From Spirochaetota bacterium (GTDB taxonomy: Bacteria > Spirochaetota > UBA6919 > CBDBPB01), in the NCBI GenBank assembly GCA_965208615.1, contig CBDBPB010000004.1, forward strand, positions 1 through 64,000: a stretch of 64,000 nucleotides of DNA, read 5' to 3'. The notes beneath the pieces are model-generated. The model saw only the letters and a program-made list of their open reading frames with translations, made no database searches and was not told the DNA's origin. Positions 21,332-31,380 of the stretch are shown piece after piece. The stretch's first letter is position 1. The number at the start of each line of letters is the position of its first letter. Both the position numbers and the translations under genes were made by a program.

Positions 21332-22762
21332 ATGATGCGTTCATTATATTCTGGAGTTTCTGGCTTACAAAACCATCAGCTCAGAACAGATGTCATTGGT
21401 AATAACATTGCTAACATTAACACCAACGGATTTAAAAAAGGACGAGTAAACTTTCAAGATATTATTTCCCAAACAATACAAGGGGCATCAAAGCCTACTA
21501 ATGAAATTGGTGGTACTAATGCTAAACAAGTTGGACTTGGTATGCAGGTAGCAACCATAGATACCCTTATGACACAGGGTAGCTTACAAACAACCGGTAA
21601 AATAACTGATCTGGCAATACAAGGCGAAGGCTTTTTTATCCAAAGAAAAGGTGAAGAGATATTCTATACCAGAGCAGGTAATTATAACGTTGATAGAGAC
21701 AAGTTTTTAGTTAATCCATCTAATGGTATGAAATTACAAGGCTGGAACTCTGTACAAGATACTCAAGGAAATTGGAATATTGATAACTCACGGAGCTATG
21801 AAGATATTACAGTACCAATAAGTGATAAGTTTGAAGCTAGAACAACTAAAGAAGTTGTTTTTAAGTCTAATTTAGACTCTAGAGTTGCTCCTGTGCAAAA
21901 TCCTGATGCTCCAACTGATATCGAAAAACGAAATGGTCAAGTACATTTTTCCTCTATAGACGTTTATGATCACCAAGGAAAAACTCATAAACTAAATGTT
22001 ACCTTCGTAAAAATAGGAGTAAATAGATGGCAGGCTAAAGTTGAGGTGCCTGATGCTGTTCCTGGCAGTGTATTAGCTGATGTACCCCATACAAAAAATA
22101 TTAACCAAGATAGCGATAAAAAAAATACATTCTACTTGGAGTTTGATGACAAAGGTGCTATTAAGGCTGTTAAAGAAGGAACTGAGAATAACCCAGATGA
22201 GGTATCTACTGATAATCTTAATGTAATGGTTAGTTATAGAGTAGATAATAATACTGTAAATCCTACTGGACCAAGAAGAGGGGCTAAATTAGGAGACCTT
22301 CATGAGTTAAAGGTTAATCTCGGCGATCAACTAAGATTTAATGGTATTACACAAATGGGGAGTGAAAGCACTACTAAAGCTATTTCACAAGACGGATACG
22401 GACTAGGATACCTAAAATCATTTGTAATAGATCAACAGGGTATTATAACTGGTGCATATACTAATGGACAAAAAAGAGAATTAGCACAAATTGCAAATGC
22501 AACCTTTATTAACCCTCAAGGGCTAGAAAAAGCAGGTGAAAATACATATGTTAGCTCTAATAACTCTGGTATCGCCAATGTTGGAGCTCCAAATAGCCAA
22601 GGAAAAGGACAATTAATATCTGGTGCATTAGAAATGAGTAATGTTGATTTAGCTGAAGAGTTCACTAATATGATAGTTACACAAAGAGGTTTTCAGGCTA
22701 ACTCTAGGATTATTACTACTTCTGATCAGATGCTTCAGGAGTTATTAACTTTGAAACGCTAA
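21332..22762 (+). CDS. flgE: Flagellar hook protein FlgE
   Basis: MMRSLYSGVSGL, GNNIANINT, YTRAG, LEMSNVDLAEEFTNMIVTQRGFQANS. Confidence 0.97.
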   Translation: MMRSLYSGVSGLQNHQLRTDVIGNNIANINTNGFKKGRVNFQDIISQTIQGASKPTNEIGGTNAKQVGLGMQVATIDTLMTQGSLQTTGKITDLAIQGEGFFIQRKGEEIFYTRAGNYNVDRDKFLVNPSNGMKLQGWNSVQDTQGNWNIDNSRSYEDITVPISDKFEARTTKEVVFKSNLDSRVAPVQNPDAPTDIEKRNGQVHFSSIDVYDHQGKTHKLNVTFVKIGVNRWQAKVEVPDAVPGSVLADVPHTKNINQDSDKKNTFYLEFDDKGAIKAVKEGTENNPDEVSTDNLNVMVSYRVDNNTVNPTGPRRGAKLGDLHELKVNLGDQLRFNGITQMGSESTTKAISQDGYGLGYLKSFVIDQQGIITGAYTNGQKRELAQIANATFINPQGLEKAGENTYVSSNNSGIANVGAPNSQGKGQLISGALEMSNVDLAEEFTNMIVTQRGFQANSRIITTSDQMLQELLTLKR

Positions 22763-22808
22763 GTAATAAATTAATAGTAAAATAAAGGTGAAATATACCA
22801 AAGTTATA

Positions 22809-22839
22809 ATTATAGAAAGCCATTGGAGCTTTCTATAAT
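22809..22839 (+). terminator. Stem-loop after flgE (terminator or mRNA stabiliser)
   Basis: Perfect 12-bp arms ATTATAGAAAGC / GCTTTCTATAAT, 7-nt loop; no U-tract on the + strand. Confidence 0.5.
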
Positions 22840-22892
22840 GCAAAAAAACATAGTGATAATCTTAAATAGTATATATTTTGCTTTTAAAAAAG

Positions 22893-22920
22893 TCAACTAT
22901 ATTGTTAAGTTGACCGATTA
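22893..22920 (+). promoter_or_regulatory. Candidate internal sigma-28 promoter for flbD-motAB-fliL
   Basis: TCAA-N16-ACCGATTA. Confidence 0.55.
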
Positions 22921-22961
22921 TAAAGATTATAAATATAAATATAAAAGTGAGATTGATAAAA

Positions 22962-23165
22962 ATGATTCTACTTACAAGATTAAATGGAGAACAATTTTAC
23001 ATTAATCCTCATCAAATAGAATTTATGGAAAGTATGCCTGATACTATTATAAAAATGTTATCTGACAGAAAGGTTATTGTTAAAGAAAACTGTAATGATA
23101 TTATAAAAAAAATTATTAGCTATAGAAAAAGTATTGGCTTAATAGGGAATGATACAACTGTTTAA
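22962..23165 (+). CDS. flbD: FlbD/SwrD family flagellar protein
   Basis: MILLTRLNG..INPHQIEFMESMPDTII; between flgE and motA; ATG at 22962. Confidence 0.92.
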   Translation: MILLTRLNGEQFYINPHQIEFMESMPDTIIKMLSDRKVIVKENCNDIIKKIISYRKSIGLIGNDTTV

Positions 23166-23217
23166 TTAATATTTAAAACATAGACTAGTATAAATATATT
23201 CCTGGAAGGTAAGATTT

Positions 23218-23994
23218 ATGGATTTAGGAACTTTAGGCGGAATTGTTGGTGGGTTAATTCTTTTAACTGCTGCTTTGATTGTAAAAGATGCTGACCTAGG
23301 GATGTTTGCTGATATTGGCTCATTTATAGTAACTATGGGAGGAACAACTGCTGCCCTTCTTGTTGCATATCCTTTAGCAAAGCTAAAACAAATTGTTAAT
23401 ATATCCAGACATGCTTTTAGAAAGAAAGAAGAAAAAGTAGGCGAAATGATTAATATGCTGGTGACCTTTTCTGAAAAAGCTAGACGAGAAGGACTTTTGG
23501 CTTTAGAAGATGATATTGAAGAAGTAGATGATCCTTTTTTAAAAAAAGGCGTTCAATTAGTTGTTGATGGTACTGATCCAGAACTTGTTAAAAGCATTAT
23601 GCTAACAGATTTGGATAAAATTGAAGCCAGACATACTCAAGGACGTGATATTTATGATTCAGCTGGATTATTTGCTCCTGCATTTGGGATGATCGGTACA
23701 TTACAAGGGCTTATTCTTATGTTAGCTAACTTAACTGATAAGTCATCCATTGGTCAGGGCATGGGGCTCGCTCTTATTACAACATTATATGGTGCTATTC
23801 TAGCTAATATAGTATTTCTACCTCTTGCTAAAAAATTAGAAACTAGAAATAATGATGAAATATTATTAAAAGAGATAATGTTAGAAGGTACTCTATCAAT
23901 ACAATCTGGTGATAACCCAAGAATAGTTAAAGATAAGCTAACATCATTTCTTGCGCCTTCTGTTAGAGAAGAAGTTGCTCAAAATATAGATTAA
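23218..23994 (+). CDS. motA: Stator A subunit (MotA/PomA)
   Basis: ARREGLLALE, APAFGMIGTL, ALITTLYG. Confidence 0.96.
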   Translation: MDLGTLGGIVGGLILLTAALIVKDADLGMFADIGSFIVTMGGTTAALLVAYPLAKLKQIVNISRHAFRKKEEKVGEMINMLVTFSEKARREGLLALEDDIEEVDDPFLKKGVQLVVDGTDPELVKSIMLTDLDKIEARHTQGRDIYDSAGLFAPAFGMIGTLQGLILMLANLTDKSSIGQGMGLALITTLYGAILANIVFLPLAKKLETRNNDEILLKEIMLEGTLSIQSGDNPRIVKDKLTSFLAPSVREEVAQNID

Positions 23995-24004
23995 AAGGGT
24001 TATT

Positions 24005-24763
24005 ATGGCCACGCAAAGAAATAAAAAACAAAAGTGTCCTAGAATTGCAGGATGGATGACTACTTTTACTGACATGACTACATTATTATTAACATTTTTT
24101 ATATTAATGTTTACAGTGGCTGAAATTGATGGTTATGAACTAAGGTTAATCTTATCTTCATTTACGGGTTCATTTGGAGTAATGGAAGGTGGATTAACTC
24201 TTCAGAAAGGGCCTCTTGCAGAAATGGGTATGACTGTTGAAACCTTACCTTCTAAAAAAGCGGCTAATAAACTATCAAAAGCCTTTAATGAAGCTGATAG
24301 TGACTTTAAAAGTAAAATTGATAGAAGAATCAAAATGACAGAAAATCTAAGGGGATATATTATTTCTATTCCTGCTCAGGCATATTTTGAACAAGGTAGT
24401 GCCTCCCTTACACCAAAAGGAAAAGAGCTTATGGAAAAAATTGCTAAGCTTATTAAAAATATAAAAACTAATACAGGAATAAATTCACAAATTGAAATAG
24501 AGGGACACGCCAGTAGAGAACCAGAAGGTAACAAAATGTATAGAAATCTTGAACTCTCAACAGCTAGGGCAATTACTATAGAGAGATTCTTTATTGAAGA
24601 ATCCGGAGTTAGTCCTACTATTGATAGAAGTGATCAAGGCAAATCACCTTTGGCTAAATTTGTTGTAAAAGGTTTTGGTGAATTCCAACCCTTAGAAACT
24701 AATGATTTTGAGGCAGGTAGAGCATCTAATCGCCGTGTTGACATTGTTATAAAACGGGATTAA
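24005..24763 (+). CDS. motB: Stator B subunit (MotB/PomB)
   Basis: WMTTFTDMTTLLLTFF with conserved Asp; OmpA-like LSTARA and NRRVDI. Confidence 0.95.
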   Translation: MATQRNKKQKCPRIAGWMTTFTDMTTLLLTFFILMFTVAEIDGYELRLILSSFTGSFGVMEGGLTLQKGPLAEMGMTVETLPSKKAANKLSKAFNEADSDFKSKIDRRIKMTENLRGYIISIPAQAYFEQGSASLTPKGKELMEKIAKLIKNIKTNTGINSQIEIEGHASREPEGNKMYRNLELSTARAITIERFFIEESGVSPTIDRSDQGKSPLAKFVVKGFGEFQPLETNDFEAGRASNRRVDIVIKRD

Positions 24764-24808
24764 ATTTTAAACTATAGAAGAAAACATTTTTCTTAAGGAG
24801 AACTAGTC

Positions 24809-25363
24809 ATGGCTGATGATGTAGATATTATTGATGATGATGATGAAAAACAAGAAGATGAGAAAAAGGAAAAAGTTTTATCTGTAAATATAATAAAGTA
24901 TTTAACTTATCTTGGTTTAGTGTTAGGAGTAATACTTATTAGTATAGTTAGTTCTATTATAGTCAATCAGTTTTGGGGTACTACAAGTCAAGTTCCTCCG
25001 TATCAAAGAAAAATAAGACCAACACCTCCTCCTCCAAGAGCGACTTACGAAATACCAGAATTTAAGTTGCCTTTAGACAAAAAAGAAGATGAGAATATAA
25101 CTACTATTGTTCAAGTTAAACTTTCTCTGGCTTATAAAAAAGATGATCAACAAACTCTTAATGAAATTATAAACAGAAAAGAACAAATTAAAGATCGTAT
25201 CCAGTTTATTATCGCTAAAAAAAAATATGAAGATATTAGCACTGCCAGAAGACGAGAAGAAGATCTAAAAAAAGATCTTATTGATAAAATTAATAATATT
25301 ATGGAAAATCAAATTTTTGATATATATTTTGATGTATTTGTTATTTCAAGAATACCTGGCTAA
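24809..25363 (+). CDS. fliL: FliL
   Basis: Single TM, LKKDLIDKINN..IYF; between motB and fliM. Confidence 0.85.
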   Translation: MADDVDIIDDDDEKQEDEKKEKVLSVNIIKYLTYLGLVLGVILISIVSSIIVNQFWGTTSQVPPYQRKIRPTPPPPRATYEIPEFKLPLDKKEDENITTIVQVKLSLAYKKDDQQTLNEIINRKEQIKDRIQFIIAKKKYEDISTARRREEDLKKDLIDKINNIMENQIFDIYFDVFVISRIPG

Positions 25364-25414
25364 ACTAATACTATTTGCTTCTTGCCTGATTAACCTTAAA
25401 AGGAGGGAATATTT

Positions 25415-26446
25415 ATGACAGAAGTTTTATCCCAACAAGAAATAGATGCCTTACTTACTGCTATTTCAACCGGGGATAGTGAAGAAAAAGAAATAGAAGC
25501 TCCTGTAGAAAGGCAACGACAAGTTAAAATCTACGATTTTAAAAGACCAGATAAATTCTCTAAAGATCAAATTCGTACCCTACAAATGATGCATGAAACT
25601 TTTGCTCGTCTCACAACTACTTCATTATCTGCTCAATTAAGAACCTTAGTACACGTACATGTAGCTTCTGTTGACCAGTTAACTTATGAAGAATTCATAA
25701 GGTCTATCCCAAGCCCTACTACTCTTGGGGTAATTAATATGGACCCCTTAAAAGGAAGTAGTATATTAGAAATTGACCCTAGTATTACCTTTACTATAAT
25801 AGATAGACTATTTGGCGGATCAGGTGAAGCTACTAAAATGAATAGAGAGCTAACCGATATTGAACTCTCCGTTATAGAAGGTATAATTGTTAGAATGCTA
25901 GGTAATCTAAGAGAATCATGGAGTAATGTTATTGATTTACGTCCTAGACTAGGAACTATAGAAACTAATCCACAGTTTGCTCAAATTGTTCCCCCTAATG
26001 ATATGGTTGTTCTTATTACCCTAGAAACTAAAGTTGGAGATGTTGAGGGAATGACTAATTTTTGTATACCATATATTACTATAGAGCCAATTATTTCTAA
26101 GTTAAGCGCTCAATACTGGTATTCTAGTATTAGAAAGGGTGCTACCAGAGAAAACTTTAATATTTTAAAAGATCGAATATCAACTATGATGGTAGATGTT
26201 ATAGCAGAGTTAGGTACTGTTGATATTACAATGAGAGAAGTAGTTGCCTTGCAAGAAAACGATATTATAAAACTTCCATCCACTAAAATATCTGATACCT
26301 TAACCCTTAAGGTTGGAAATCAAAAAAAGTTTTCTTGTAGACCTGGTGTACTTGGAAGAAGAATGGCTGTACAGGTCGATAAACCTGTAGAAAATGACTC
26401 CAGAGATATTTTTGATGAACTAGTAGAAGAGGACGAAAATGAATGA
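25415..26446 (+). CDS. fliM: Motor switch protein FliM
   Basis: EVLSQQEIDALL, YDFKRPDKFSKDQIRTL. Confidence 0.97.
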   Translation: MTEVLSQQEIDALLTAISTGDSEEKEIEAPVERQRQVKIYDFKRPDKFSKDQIRTLQMMHETFARLTTTSLSAQLRTLVHVHVASVDQLTYEEFIRSIPSPTTLGVINMDPLKGSSILEIDPSITFTIIDRLFGGSGEATKMNRELTDIELSVIEGIIVRMLGNLRESWSNVIDLRPRLGTIETNPQFAQIVPPNDMVVLITLETKVGDVEGMTNFCIPYITIEPIISKLSAQYWYSSIRKGATRENFNILKDRISTMMVDVIAELGTVDITMREVVALQENDIIKLPSTKISDTLTLKVGNQKKFSCRPGVLGRRMAVQVDKPVENDSRDIFDELVEEDENE

Positions 26447-27518
26447 TAGTACTTTATCACAAGAAGAAATTGATGCATTACTAGCTGGTGCAGGAAAGGC
26501 ATATACTGAACTTCAACCTAAAACTATGGTCTCCACTCAAGCCAGTAAATCTATTAATACTGGCGACCTTTCAGTGCTGCTAGATATAATAAACTATATA
26601 CTTCAAGCTCAAACAGACTATTTAGCTAATAAACTTAATATTGAGTTTTACTATTCTAATGTAAAGGGGAGAATTAGAGAAAGACTACAAATACAAAATG
26701 AATTTACGACTAAAGTTATACAAATTAGAATGAATTTCACTACTGGTGTCGTTGGAGAAAATATATTCCTCATTAAATTGGATGATGCTCTTAAATTTAT
26801 AGAAATACTAACAAAGCAAAGTAGTACAGAACTATCTGATGTGACACTAAGCATGTTAAGTGATAGCTTTACCCAACTAATGAACACTTCTAGCTCGTTA
26901 TTACATAAAAGGCTAAATAGGGTTATTTCTGTTGATACTGGACAAATTGAAGTAGTTGATAACCCTGAACAAATTAGCTTTCCAGGTGAAAATCAAGTTA
27001 TACACATTAGCTATACTCTAAACCCAGAAGATTCTCTACCAATAAATATTAATCAATTTCTTTCTATCCAATTAGCTAGAGATCTTGTTAACATGACAAA
27101 AGCTTCTACTAATACTATAAGCCCTTTGTCAGACTTGCCTACTAATATAAATCTACAACCTGGCAAAGGGACTAAATCTAGTGGTACTAGTATTAGTATA
27201 AGACCCGTTAGTTATCTTGAGCTAAACAAAGTTGAAGGTCTATCACCAGCTAAAAATAATATTGGTTTACTCTTAGATATTTCTATGCAGTTGACCGTAG
27301 AGCTGGGACGTACTAAAATGCAAATTAAAAACATCCTCGGTTTAGGCGAAGGCTCTATTATCGAGCTGGATAAGCTTGCTGGAGAGCCTGTTGACCTTTT
27401 TGTTAACGGGAAACTTATTGCCAAGGGAGAAGTGGTAGTTATTGATGAAAATTTTGGTGTTAGGATCACTGAAATAGTTAGTCCACACGAAAGGTTAGAT
27501 AGTTTATTCTCAGAATAA
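26439..27518 (+). CDS. fliY: Motor switch protein FliY/FliN (CheC-like plus SpoA domain)
   Basis: LSQEEIDALL N-peptide; C-terminal VELGRT..LDKLAGEP..GEVVVIDENFGVRI. Confidence 0.9.
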   Translation: MNDSTLSQEEIDALLAGAGKAYTELQPKTMVSTQASKSINTGDLSVLLDIINYILQAQTDYLANKLNIEFYYSNVKGRIRERLQIQNEFTTKVIQIRMNFTTGVVGENIFLIKLDDALKFIEILTKQSSTELSDVTLSMLSDSFTQLMNTSSSLLHKRLNRVISVDTGQIEVVDNPEQISFPGENQVIHISYTLNPEDSLPININQFLSIQLARDLVNMTKASTNTISPLSDLPTNINLQPGKGTKSSGTSISIRPVSYLELNKVEGLSPAKNNIGLLLDISMQLTVELGRTKMQIKNILGLGEGSIIELDKLAGEPVDLFVNGKLIAKGEVVVIDENFGVRITEIVSPHERLDSLFSE

Positions 27519-27595
27519 TTTTTTTGCTTTTACTTTTAAAGAATTTGAGTTATATTAAAACATAATAATTGACAAAGACTGGGAGGAATAAAATA

Positions 27596-28240
27596 ATGGC
27601 CTTAAATAGAGCTATTAAAATTATTGTCATTATATTTTTACTTCAATACATATCTATAAACATTCAAGGACAAACTCCCACTACTAAACCCAATACTAAT
27701 TCAACTGATAAAACCACTACTAAACCCAATACCAAAGAAGAATTTTTACCACAAAACCCATCTAAAATAGAGAAAGCTAATCCATCTAAAGAAACGTCTA
27801 CTTTCAGCTTATTCTTAAAATCATTTTTTATATTATTACTATTACTATTAATACTCTATGCTATATTAAAATTTATACAAAAACGAAAACTAAAAACATT
27901 GTATAATCAGCAAGATGGCGTTATACAAGTATTAAAAAACTTTTCTATTGCTCCAAATAAATCTATCCAATTAGTAGAGATTGCAAAAGATATTTATATA
28001 CTAGGGTTAGGGGATAACTCTATTTCTACTATAGAAAAGATAGTTGATCCAACAAAAATAGAAAATATTAAAAAACTTTGTGAAGATAAAAACATCCAAA
28101 GTCCTAAAAGTTTCAGTGAAATATTAGGAAATTACTTTGGAGGTTCTAAAATATCCATTCCAAAGCGAATGACAAGGCCATCTTTTGGAGTTTTTGATCA
28201 GGAAAAGACTAGATTAAAAGGATTAGAAAATAAATTCTAA
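27596..28240 (+). CDS. fliO: FliO/FliZ export-gate chaperone
   Basis: GGAGG before ATG 27596; TM then IAPNKSIQLVEIAKDIYILG; precedes fliP. Confidence 0.8.
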   Translation: MALNRAIKIIVIIFLLQYISINIQGQTPTTKPNTNSTDKTTTKPNTKEEFLPQNPSKIEKANPSKETSTFSLFLKSFFILLLLLLILYAILKFIQKRKLKTLYNQQDGVIQVLKNFSIAPNKSIQLVEIAKDIYILGLGDNSISTIEKIVDPTKIENIKKLCEDKNIQSPKSFSEILGNYFGGSKISIPKRMTRPSFGVFDQEKTRLKGLENKF

Positions 28241-28339
28241 TATATATGATTATGTAATTAAAAACAATTCTATATTAACAGTCTAATGTTCTTATATATC
28301 TAATTACACTTCTAACCATTTAAATCGGAGGGGGAAATA

Positions 28340-29122
28340 GTGGTTAAAAAAAGTGTTTATATAATATTTTTATTTTTTACAATTTTTTTACTTAGCGGAG
28401 ATAGCTTTGCTCAAAAAGGTAATCAAAATGTTATAATTCCAAATGTTAATTTTGGTATACAATCTTCATCCAATCCGCAAGATATCGCTTTAAGCCTACA
28501 GGTTCTTCTTTTATTAACTATTTTAAGTCTTGCTCCAGCAATAGTTATTATGACAACTTCTTTTATCAGAATTGCTATTGTTTTTTCTTTTACCAGAACA
28601 GCTTTAGCTCTACAACAAATGCCACCTAATCAGGTTATTATGGCTTTATCATTATTTCTGACTTTTTTTATAATGGCTCCAACTTTTAATGAAATTTATG
28701 AAAAGGGATATAAGCCATTTCAAGAAAAGAAAATTGATGTAGGCGAGTTTTATGATCGCAGTATAGAACCACTACGTCAATTCATGTTCATGCAAATTAC
28801 TAAAGATGAAAGACAGGTTATTGCTTTATTTATTAGAATGGGAAAACTAAAATGGCCAAAATCAGAAGCTGATGTTCCTACTTATGTTCTAATACCCGCA
28901 TTCATACTTAATGAGCTTAAAAAAGCATTTTATATGGGCATAATTATTTTCATTCCATTTATCATTATTGACATGATAGTTGCGAGTATACTAATGAGTA
29001 TGGGGATGATAATGCTACCTCCTGTTATGGTTTCTCTACCATTTAAGGTTATATTGTTTGTTTTGGTAGATGGATGGGATCTCTTAGTAAGAAGGTTAAT
29101 CGAAAGCTTTAATGTGGGGTAA
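28340..29122 (+). CDS. fliP: Export gate FliP
   Basis: MTTSFIRI, QQMPPNQV, MGMIMLPP, LFVLVDGW. Confidence 0.97.
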   Translation: MVKKSVYIIFLFFTIFLLSGDSFAQKGNQNVIIPNVNFGIQSSSNPQDIALSLQVLLLLTILSLAPAIVIMTTSFIRIAIVFSFTRTALALQQMPPNQVIMALSLFLTFFIMAPTFNEIYEKGYKPFQEKKIDVGEFYDRSIEPLRQFMFMQITKDERQVIALFIRMGKLKWPKSEADVPTYVLIPAFILNELKKAFYMGIIIFIPFIIIDMIVASILMSMGMIMLPPVMVSLPFKVILFVLVDGWDLLVRRLIESFNVG

Positions 29123-29125
29123 AAG

Positions 29126-29398
29126 ATGTCAGAAGCACAAATAATTAAATTAGTTACTGATGCACTAATAGAGACTTTAATTATATCCTCACCTATTTTG
29201 GGGATTAGCCTTATAGTAGGCCTTATAATCAGTATATTTCAGACTACTACGTCTATCCAAGAGCAGACTCTAACTTTTGTACCAAAGATTATTGCTATTT
29301 TTGGTTCAATTATACTCTTTTCAAACTGGATTGTAAGAAATATGAAACAGTTTACTGAATCTTTATTTAATCTAATCCCATTGTTGGGGCAACTCTAA
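29126..29398 (+). CDS. fliQ: Export gate FliQ
   Basis: FQTTTSIQEQTLTFVPK. Confidence 0.97.
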   Translation: MSEAQIIKLVTDALIETLIISSPILGISLIVGLIISIFQTTTSIQEQTLTFVPKIIAIFGSIILFSNWIVRNMKQFTESLFNLIPLLGQL

Positions 29399-29399
29399 A

Positions 29400-30170
29400 G
29401 TGAAGTTATTTTACTTTGTAACACAATTTCAACTATTCTTGCTAATAATGATGAGAATGTTTGCTATGATGTCTATTGCACCATTTTTTTCAAGTGTAAC
29501 AATATCAATTAGAGTAAGGGCTATATTAGCTCTAACCATCACTATTGTTATTTATCCTTTGTTATCAAAAGAGATGCCTCTTGAGATACCCGAAAGCGTT
29601 ATTGAATACGGTATACTAATTATTAATGAAATTATCGTAGGCATTTCTATTGGGCTAATGATTTCTATTATTTTTACAAGTTTTCAGTTAGCTGGTCAGT
29701 TCTTCAGCATACAAATGGGATTTGGGATTAGTGAAGTTTTTGATCCTCTTTCTCAAATACACGTTCCTCTTGTAGGGCAGTTCTTAGCTCTTTTTGGAAC
29801 ATTAATATTTCTAAACATCCACGGGCATTTTATACTAATAGAAGGTGTATATCAAAGTTATACAAACCTACCAGTACTCGATCTTATAAAGTCGGCTAAG
29901 CCTTTGTCTAATGCTATGCTAAGCTTTTTTTCTGGTATGTTTATTATAGCGTTAAAAATTAGTCTTCCAATAATTGGAACTCTTTTTATAATAACGCTTT
30001 GTATGGGATTATTAGCTAAGTTTGCTCCACAAATGAATATTTTGATGATGGGTTTTCCATTATATATTACCCTTGGATTTATTATGCTGGTTTTGTTGGT
30101 AGACCCTATATTAAACAATGGTATATACTTTTTAGAGTTCTACCTAAAAGAAATACTTAGGCTATTCTGA
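29400..30170 (+). CDS. fliR: Export gate FliR
   Basis: AGQFFSIQMGFG..FDP, KFAPQMNI. Confidence 0.95.
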   Translation: MKLFYFVTQFQLFLLIMMRMFAMMSIAPFFSSVTISIRVRAILALTITIVIYPLLSKEMPLEIPESVIEYGILIINEIIVGISIGLMISIIFTSFQLAGQFFSIQMGFGISEVFDPLSQIHVPLVGQFLALFGTLIFLNIHGHFILIEGVYQSYTNLPVLDLIKSAKPLSNAMLSFFSGMFIIALKISLPIIGTLFIITLCMGLLAKFAPQMNILMMGFPLYITLGFIMLVLLVDPILNNGIYFLEFYLKEILRLF

Positions 30171-30177
30171 GGAATTA

Positions 30178-31332
30178 ATGATCAACATTGAAAAGCTGAA
30201 AAAACAGCTTTATAAAAAGCAAAATAACAACTATTTCATATCCCTAGAGCTTTTTGCATCTGCAGAAGATGAAGGGCGTACCGAAGAACCCTCACAATAC
30301 AAAATTAGAAAAGCTAGAGAAGAGGGTAAGGTTGCTAGATCACAAGAGTTGGTATCATCATTAGTTTTGCTTATATCGTTTATCACTATATGGTTTTTAT
30401 CAGATCATTTTTTTGAATCCAGTAAGAAGCTTTTCTATGGAACAATTGATAGAATTGGAGCTTCTCCAATAAATGAAGGGAATATTACAGTAATCCTAAA
30501 ACAGGCAGTATGGGACTTCTTTATATTAACAAGTCCAATATTAATTGTTACTGTTGTTATTGCTACCTTGGCAAACGTTATACAAGTAGGTTTTATGTTT
30601 AGCCTAAAAAGTATGAAGTTTGATGCAAAAAAAATTAGTTTTACTACTAATAAAATGTTTTCCAAGATTTTTGTATCCAAGCAAACCCTTGTTAACCTAA
30701 TAAAGTCAGTACTAAAGGTTGGAATAGTTATTTTTGTTGCATATTCTATTGTCAACTGGAATAAAGAACTAATACTTAATGCCATAAACATGGATGTTAT
30801 GAACTCCTTTAGTACAATGACAAATATGTCTTTTTACATTGGAGTTTCAAGTTGCTTGATATTCTTGGTTTTAAGTGTACCTGACTACTTTTACCAAAAA
30901 CGTGAACATATGGAAAGCTTAAAAATGTCCAGGCATGAAATGAAAGAAGAAAGAAAAGATACCGAGGGTGATCCCCTTATAAGAGGACGACTAAGAGAAA
31001 GACAAAGAGAAATTATGGCAAATAGAATGATGGAAGAAGTGCCAAAGGCAGATGTTATTATAACTAACCCTATTCATTATGCTGTGGCTATAAAGTATGA
31101 TACTGAATCTATGTCTGCTCCTATTGTAGTGGCTAAAGGACAGGATTATATTGCTTTAAAGATTAAAGAAATTGCTATTGAAAACGATGTTCATATAGTA
31201 GAAAATAAACCTTTGGCACAAAGTTTATACTCGGCTTGTGAAATCGGAAATCAAATACCAGAAAACTTCTATCAAGCAATTGCAGAGGTTCTGGCATTTG
31301 TAATAAGGGCTAAAGAGGCTGTTAGAGTATAA
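30178..31332 (+). CDS. flhB: Export switch protein FlhB
   Basis: EGRTEEP..KAREEG, LKMS..EGDP, ITNPIHYAVA, PIVVAKG. Confidence 0.97.
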   Translation: MINIEKLKKQLYKKQNNNYFISLELFASAEDEGRTEEPSQYKIRKAREEGKVARSQELVSSLVLLISFITIWFLSDHFFESSKKLFYGTIDRIGASPINEGNITVILKQAVWDFFILTSPILIVTVVIATLANVIQVGFMFSLKSMKFDAKKISFTTNKMFSKIFVSKQTLVNLIKSVLKVGIVIFVAYSIVNWNKELILNAINMDVMNSFSTMTNMSFYIGVSSCLIFLVLSVPDYFYQKREHMESLKMSRHEMKEERKDTEGDPLIRGRLRERQREIMANRMMEEVPKADVIITNPIHYAVAIKYDTESMSAPIVVAKGQDYIALKIKEIAIENDVHIVENKPLAQSLYSACEIGNQIPENFYQAIAEVLAFVIRAKEAVRV

Positions 31333-31380
31333 TTAGCTAAACCTAACTAGTATTAGTTTATTAACTTTTTGGAATTGATT

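Noticed and set aside
22823-23005. 60-aa ORF between flgE and flbD
   Set aside because: Starts inside a hairpin, spans the candidate promoter and overlaps flbD out of frame
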